A stretch of 64,000 nucleotides of DNA from Anaerolineae bacterium (GTDB taxonomy: Bacteria > Chloroflexota > Anaerolineae > Aggregatilineales > J027). Both the position numbers and the translations under genes were made by a program. Location: NCBI GenBank assembly GCA_008933735.1, contig WBUL01000002.1, positions 209,937 to 273,936 on the forward strand. The letters are read 5' to 3'. The notes under the pieces are model-generated. The model ran no database searches. It was not told where the DNA came from and saw only the letters and a program-made list of their open reading frames with translations. Positions 59,066-64,000 of this stretch are shown one piece after another; the stretch's first letter is position 1; each line of letters begins with the position of its first letter.

Positions 59066-60376
59066 CGATTCTCCCTCAATACTTTCTACCGTCACGTTGA
59101 CCTCCTGCGGCTGCACTGTCAGGGTAGTTTCGGCCACAATATCCTCGTCACTGATGGTCGTAGAACTCACGCTGGCGACGGCGGTCACCTGATAGGTTCC
59201 CGGTTCAGAAATCTGGCTCAGATTGACCTCAACGGTTAAGTCCTGATTATTAATTTGCTCCAAAATCGGCTGTGGTCCGACCAGCAGCACCGTCGCGGCG
59301 TTGGGCAGCAGGTCAGCATCAAGGCCAGGGGCCAACCCTTCTACCTGAATCGGGATGTCACTGTACTGGCGGCTGCCCCGTACCGTGCCGATTTTCACGG
59401 TCACGGTGATGCTCTGGGTCTCTGGAACCAGCCGCACGCCCTCAGGTAATTTCACCAACACAGTACGTTCAAAATTGCTGGTTGCATCCGTAATATCAAT
59501 CGTTTCGGTATTAACGACGCCATTTAAGGCGCGAATCGCACGCTGGTCACCCGATACAGTGACGATACCTGGTGTAAATTCATATCCTTCATAAATGTAA
59601 CCTGGGGGCGGAAAACCACTCACATCGGGCACGACACTAAGTTCGGAAATGCCTTCAATTTGTGCTACATTCACCTGACAGGTCACCTGAGCCGGGTCAA
59701 GGGTTACTTCTGAGACAAAACGTCCGGCCTGGTTAGCAGCAAACAAGTTCACGGTCAGGCTGACTGGAGCACGAACCTCACTCAAATTTAAGCGGGCCAT
59801 GGCTGTTATGTCGCCAATGCGGTCAGCAGGGCCGCTGGCAGTGACTTCTGTCAGATTACAGGTCGGCAGGGGATAGGTATAACCGCTTGGGGGTTCCTGG
59901 GTAACGACCGTGCGAATCGGCACCCGGAGGGAAGCCACCCGCGAAAGAGTCACGGTCACTTCTGCGGGACGAATATCCACAATCTGGCCGCGCACCCTAT
60001 CTTCCAACTCGGCCTCTAAATCAACAGTCTGCGGGCCCTCCTCCAGGTCTGTGAAATCCGCCGTCACCCGAATCTGATCCGTCCGCAGCACATCCCAAAC
60101 TGAACGCGGTGCGCGAATCGTGACGGTTACGGTCTGAGCGCTGGGGTCACTCATTTTCATGTCGTCCGCCAGCACAAAATTAATGTTCACACTTCGTGGA
60201 TAATCACGCTGCTGGATGGGGTTACTTTGCAGCACCGCCATAATCCACACACCAAAGGCCATCAAGAGTGAGGCAATCATCCACTGAAAATTTTCTCGGA
60301 GGAATCGGGCTGACGGGGTATCAGGCAGCCTCACGCGACTGCTCCCGCCCGCTTTTGTTTTTGTCGCTGCTGTCAC
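59051..60376 (-). CDS. cdaR: CdaR/YbbR-repeat regulator of diadenylate cyclase
   Basis: TM anchor plus four YbbR-like repeats; overlaps cdaA. Confidence 0.85.
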   Translation of the reverse strand: MTAATKTKAGGSSRVRLPDTPSARFLRENFQWMIASLLMAFGVWIMAVLQSNPIQQRDYPRSVNINFVLADDMKMSDPSAQTVTVTIRAPRSVWDVLRTDQIRVTADFTDLEEGPQTVDLEAELEDRVRGQIVDIRPAEVTVTLSRVASLRVPIRTVVTQEPPSGYTYPLPTCNLTEVTASGPADRIGDITAMARLNLSEVRAPVSLTVNLFAANQAGRFVSEVTLDPAQVTCQVNVAQIEGISELSVVPDVSGFPPPGYIYEGYEFTPGIVTVSGDQRAIRALNGVVNTETIDITDATSNFERTVLVKLPEGVRLVPETQSITVTVKIGTVRGSRQYSDIPIQVEGLAPGLDADLLPNAATVLLVGPQPILEQINNQDLTVEVNLSQISEPGTYQVTAVASVSSTTISDEDIVAETTLTVQPQEVNVTVESIEGESSPGD

Positions 60377-61211
60377 CGTTGCGCCGCCAATGCCTCAACT
60401 GGTCAAACAGGTAACCCCAGGTTGATTTTTCTTCAGTCCCGGCCTCAGAGGTATAAAACGCCCGCAAAATAGTTTGCAGACGAGGGCTGTCCAGACGGCG
60501 AATCATCCGCCCACCGTTGGCAACAGAGATTTGCCCTGTTTCCTCAGAGACAATCACCACAATCGCATCACTGATTTCGCTGATGCCAATCCCAGCCCGA
60601 TGACGGGTACCCACTTTACGCTGAGCGAGGCCATGTGCCGCCGTAAGAGGCAGCACCGCCGCCGCCGAAATAATCCGGCTCTGGCGAATAATCACCGCCC
60701 CATCATGCAGCTCAGTTTTAGGGTAAAAAATGGTGAGCAGCAGTTGGGGTGATGTTTCGCTGTCCAGCAGAATACCCGTTTCGATAAACTCATCAAGCGG
60801 GTCGGTCCGTTCCAGCACAATTAAGGCTCCATGCCGCCGTTCAGAAAGTTTGCCTGCTGCTGTGCTCACATCCTCAATCAACTTTTCGATTTCAGAGCTG
60901 GGGCGGTTTCGTAACGCAAACCCGACACGGCCTATACGTTCCATCCCCCGTCGGATTTCCGGTTGAAAAATTACAGGAATCGCCACCACCGCGCCGGTGA
61001 TAATCGCGCCGGTCAGCCAGCGAAATGCTACCAGATTCAGCACCGTCGAAAGAAAAGTCATCAGGACAACAATCACAATCATGCCGCGCATGACAGGGAC
61101 AGCCTGCGTCCCCCGAAACAGAAAACTCAACCCGAAGAGAACCGTCGCAATCAGGAGAATATCAATAACAGCGGTCAGGTCAAGGCTCTGTAAGGTCCAG
61201 ATGAGTTCCAT
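60321..61211 (-). CDS. cdaA: diadenylate cyclase
   Basis: 3 TM helices, IFQPEIRR, LHDGAVII, GTRHRAG, VSEETG. Confidence 0.95.
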   Translation of the reverse strand: MELIWTLQSLDLTAVIDILLIATVLFGLSFLFRGTQAVPVMRGMIVIVVLMTFLSTVLNLVAFRWLTGAIITGAVVAIPVIFQPEIRRGMERIGRVGFALRNRPSSEIEKLIEDVSTAAGKLSERRHGALIVLERTDPLDEFIETGILLDSETSPQLLLTIFYPKTELHDGAVIIRQSRIISAAAVLPLTAAHGLAQRKVGTRHRAGIGISEISDAIVVIVSEETGQISVANGGRMIRRLDSPRLQTILRAFYTSEAGTEEKSTWGYLFDQLRHWRRNGDSSDKNKSGREQSREAA

Positions 61212-61224
61212 GTTTTAATTCACT

Positions 61225-63456
61225 TCAACCACCCATTTGCTGCAACAGGGCCTGATAATGAGCGCCATTCGGTGGCTGCAACTTAATGATTCGTTCAATG
61301 GTCTTTTTGGCTTCTGCCAGCATTCCGGCATCGTACTGAAGCTGGCGCAGTTGTTCCAGTTGGGCGACCGCATCCTGGGGGCGTTTCATCTGCTCGTATA
61401 CTGAACCGAGGCGGCTCCGAATCCCCATATCTTTTGGATGTTTTTCAGCAAGGTCTTCCAGCGCAGCCACAATCAGGTCGGGGCGGCGCTGTTTGGCATA
61501 AATTCGCAGCAGATTATCCAATTCTTGTGTGCCGTTAATGGGGTTATTCAACCGGAAGTTCAGATCAACCAGTTTGCGGCGGGCCTGTTCATCTTCCGGC
61601 AGCATTTCACAGATCTGCTGGTAGGTTCGCAGCGCCCCACGAAGCTCCAAACGAGTTTCATCCAGATTCGCCATGCTTCGCAGAATGTCGGCCACTTTTT
61701 GAGGTGAGGCATTTAAACGCTGTGCCAGTTTCAACGCCTGATTATACGTGGTGCGGGCATTATTCACATCTGCCATTTCGACATACGCGCCAGCCAGATC
61801 AACATACTGGTCGAGCATTTCTTCGTGGCGTCCCTGCTGATCGAGCAGTTCGATGAGATTTTCGCGCAGACGAATATCAGCAGGAGCAACCCGAATCACT
61901 TCGTTGAGAATATCCGCCGTTTTCAGCATATCGCCACGCACAAGATAGGTCTGAGCAATCAAGTTGTACTTCTGGATCGCCTGCTCAACATGCCCGATGT
62001 CCATTAAAATTTGCGCGACCCGAAGGTGTGCTGCCAGATAATCCGGCGATTTTTGCAAAATCTGATGCACCTCATCCATAGCCAAGACATAACGCTTCTG
62101 GCGCACAAATTCGTCGATCCGCCCCATCGATTCGATCACACCGTCGTCCTGCGCCAGATTTTCCAGCAGACGATCGGCGTCATTGTTGATGAAATCCTCG
62201 ATCTGGCTGCGGGTCAGGGCAACACGGCGTTTCCAATCTTTGCCGGTTAGCAACCCTTCAAACTTCCGACCCAGCGCTTCAAGGGTTCCCTCGGTGGCCT
62301 GGACAGCCATATTTGCAATGCGGCTGTAGACATTGCCCAGCTCACCCTTTTCCTCGTCACTGATCGCCAGAGCCATATCGACCAGCCGAAGGGTATTAAT
62401 GAAACTTTTGACAGCGCTGCGATAGTCTTTCAACCCCATGTGGGCCAATCCCAGACCATGCATCGCCCCCGCCGTTAGAATAGCATCGCCGGATACCTTC
62501 TGGAAATAACCCAGTGCGTCCTGCCAGCGCTTCACCTCTACCAACAGCGCTCCCAGATTCAGAAAAAGCGGGCCTGTATACGTCATCCCGGCAGCTTCAG
62601 CACGCTGGTAAGCACCAATAGCTTCCTGATTAATGCCGGCACGATGCAGTTCAATCGCTTGAATCGCGCTGGCTCCCGCCATATCCATCATGCCGGTTTC
62701 AAAAACATGCGTTGCCAGCAAACCCAGCGAATGTTCAACCGCTTCCCCAATCGGGCCGCGTGCGTCAGAGTCTGCCGCATCATAGTTGATGAAGCTCAGG
62801 TCTTCTTCTTTGACCTTTTCTAAGGCTTTTTTGGGTTTCTCCCTTGCCAGATCGGGGGAAAGCGGCACGTTGTTGACCACAGCCGTTTTGGCATTCAGCA
62901 CACGGGCTTCACGGGGATCAATACGGAGTGCCCGTTCCAGAGCTTGCAGCGAAACCTGATTGTTACCCGCTTTCTGGAAGTTAAAGGCCAGGTTCAGATA
63001 TTCGTTAATGGCGTTTTCTTTCTGCCCGGTGCGCTCATAAGCCAGTGCCAGCTTCTGATGAATCTTGACCAGACCCGGCATAATCTGGGTCGCTTTTTCC
63101 CAGTTACTGATCGCTTTTTCCAGGTCGTGCTGGGCAAGGTAAATTTCCGCAACGGCCAGATACTGCTTGGCTGCGTCATTCAACCGTCCCAGGCGTTCCA
63201 GCACATCCGCCATTCGTTCAACCGGAAGCGGCAGGTCGGGATCGATTTTACTGGCCTGCATGTACACCTTGAGCGCATCTTCGAGCCGCCCCACATTGTA
63301 TAACGCATAGCCGAGGCTGCTACAGGCCATTGCATTGGTCGGGAACTCACGCACTGCGGACATATAGGCTTCAATCGCCTTATCCCACTGCTGATTCCAG
63401 GCGGCGTCATCACCCGCCAACATCGCTTTCTCGTATTTTTCTTGATTACCTGGCAT
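61225..63456 (-). CDS. tetratricopeptide repeat protein
   Basis: Repeated helical TPR-like units along the whole 743 aa. Confidence 0.88.
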   Translation of the reverse strand: MPGNQEKYEKAMLAGDDAAWNQQWDKAIEAYMSAVREFPTNAMACSSLGYALYNVGRLEDALKVYMQASKIDPDLPLPVERMADVLERLGRLNDAAKQYLAVAEIYLAQHDLEKAISNWEKATQIMPGLVKIHQKLALAYERTGQKENAINEYLNLAFNFQKAGNNQVSLQALERALRIDPREARVLNAKTAVVNNVPLSPDLAREKPKKALEKVKEEDLSFINYDAADSDARGPIGEAVEHSLGLLATHVFETGMMDMAGASAIQAIELHRAGINQEAIGAYQRAEAAGMTYTGPLFLNLGALLVEVKRWQDALGYFQKVSGDAILTAGAMHGLGLAHMGLKDYRSAVKSFINTLRLVDMALAISDEEKGELGNVYSRIANMAVQATEGTLEALGRKFEGLLTGKDWKRRVALTRSQIEDFINNDADRLLENLAQDDGVIESMGRIDEFVRQKRYVLAMDEVHQILQKSPDYLAAHLRVAQILMDIGHVEQAIQKYNLIAQTYLVRGDMLKTADILNEVIRVAPADIRLRENLIELLDQQGRHEEMLDQYVDLAGAYVEMADVNNARTTYNQALKLAQRLNASPQKVADILRSMANLDETRLELRGALRTYQQICEMLPEDEQARRKLVDLNFRLNNPINGTQELDNLLRIYAKQRRPDLIVAALEDLAEKHPKDMGIRSRLGSVYEQMKRPQDAVAQLEQLRQLQYDAGMLAEAKKTIERIIKLQPPNGAHYQALLQQMGG

Positions 63457-63548
63457 GATTCACTTCCGTTAAACTTGGGCAGATTCATCCCTAACAAATA
63501 TTGTAATGCGTTCGCCCCATTAGGAAAACCTTCCGGAGCGACGATTTT

Positions 63549-64000
63549 CTAACCTTCAGGTAACTCGGCTAAAAGCTTGACCAGAAGCGCTTTTTGCGCG
63601 TGCAAACGATTTTCGGCCTGTTGAAAAATACGCGACTGCGGGCCATCAGCAACCTCATCGGTGATTTCATCGCCACGATGGGCAGGCAGGCAGTGTAAAA
63701 CAATCGCGTTTGACGCGGCGTGCTTCAAAAGCTGGGCATTGACCTGATAGGGAGGGAAGACTTTGCGTCGCTTTTCAGTTTCCTCTTCCTGTCCCATACT
63801 AACCCAGGTATCCGTATAAATCACATGTGCATCTTTGACGGCCTGCGTTGGGTTATAAGTAATTTCGACTTTATCATAATCAGCCTGTTCAAGGGTTTCT
63901 TCGTCCAGTGTGAACCCTTCCGGGCTGGCGACGCTAAAGATCATACCCGCTATTTTACTGAGTGACAGAAGCGAGCGTGTTACATTATTGCTGTCACCAA
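63549..64000 (-). CDS. argF: ornithine carbamoyltransferase (5' part outside window)
   Basis: GDSNNV, YTDTWVSMGQE, HCLPAHRG, QAENRLHAQK. Confidence 0.93.
   Translation of the reverse strand, partial: GDSNNVTRSLLSLSKIAGMIFSVASPEGFTLDEETLEQADYDKVEITYNPTQAVKDAHVIYTDTWVSMGQEEETEKRRKVFPPYQVNAQLLKHAASNAIVLHCLPAHRGDEITDEVADGPQSRIFQQAENRLHAQKALLVKLLAELPEG

Overview
Chromosomal window of a probable Chloroflexota (Anaerolineae-like) bacterium; the lineage is inferred from gene content only. Contents from left to right: a membrane TIR protein; a complete LysW-dependent alpha-aminoadipate lysine operon (lysW, missing from the ORF track, read by hand) behind what looks like two tandem Lys-codon attenuators; a MoxR-like AAA + DUF2201/VWA pair; NUDIX, PAP2 and amt genes; a NarL-type two-component system with secreted partners; a sodC fusion; a DUF5666/ECF-sigma/anti-sigma/TolB-PASTA/vitamin-K-carboxylase-like locus; a clade II nitrous-oxide reductase cluster (fused NosD-NosF, duplicated diheme cytochrome, no nosL) under two CRP-type regulators with visible TGTGA-N6-TCACA boxes; an amino-sugar/sugar ABC locus; an AT-rich TIR-kinase-like gene; a heterodimeric ABC exporter; LysM-GH; lysC; a LysE gene behind an Asn/Gln-codon leader and attenuator; cdaAR, a TPR gene and partial argF. 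No rRNA, tRNA, CRISPR or transposase was seen. All calls come from motif recognition by eye, with no database searches. The best leads are the Asn/Gln attenuator, the tandem Lys attenuator, the carboxylase-like gene next to poly-Asp secreted proteins, and the NosD-NosF fusion with a possible internal start.
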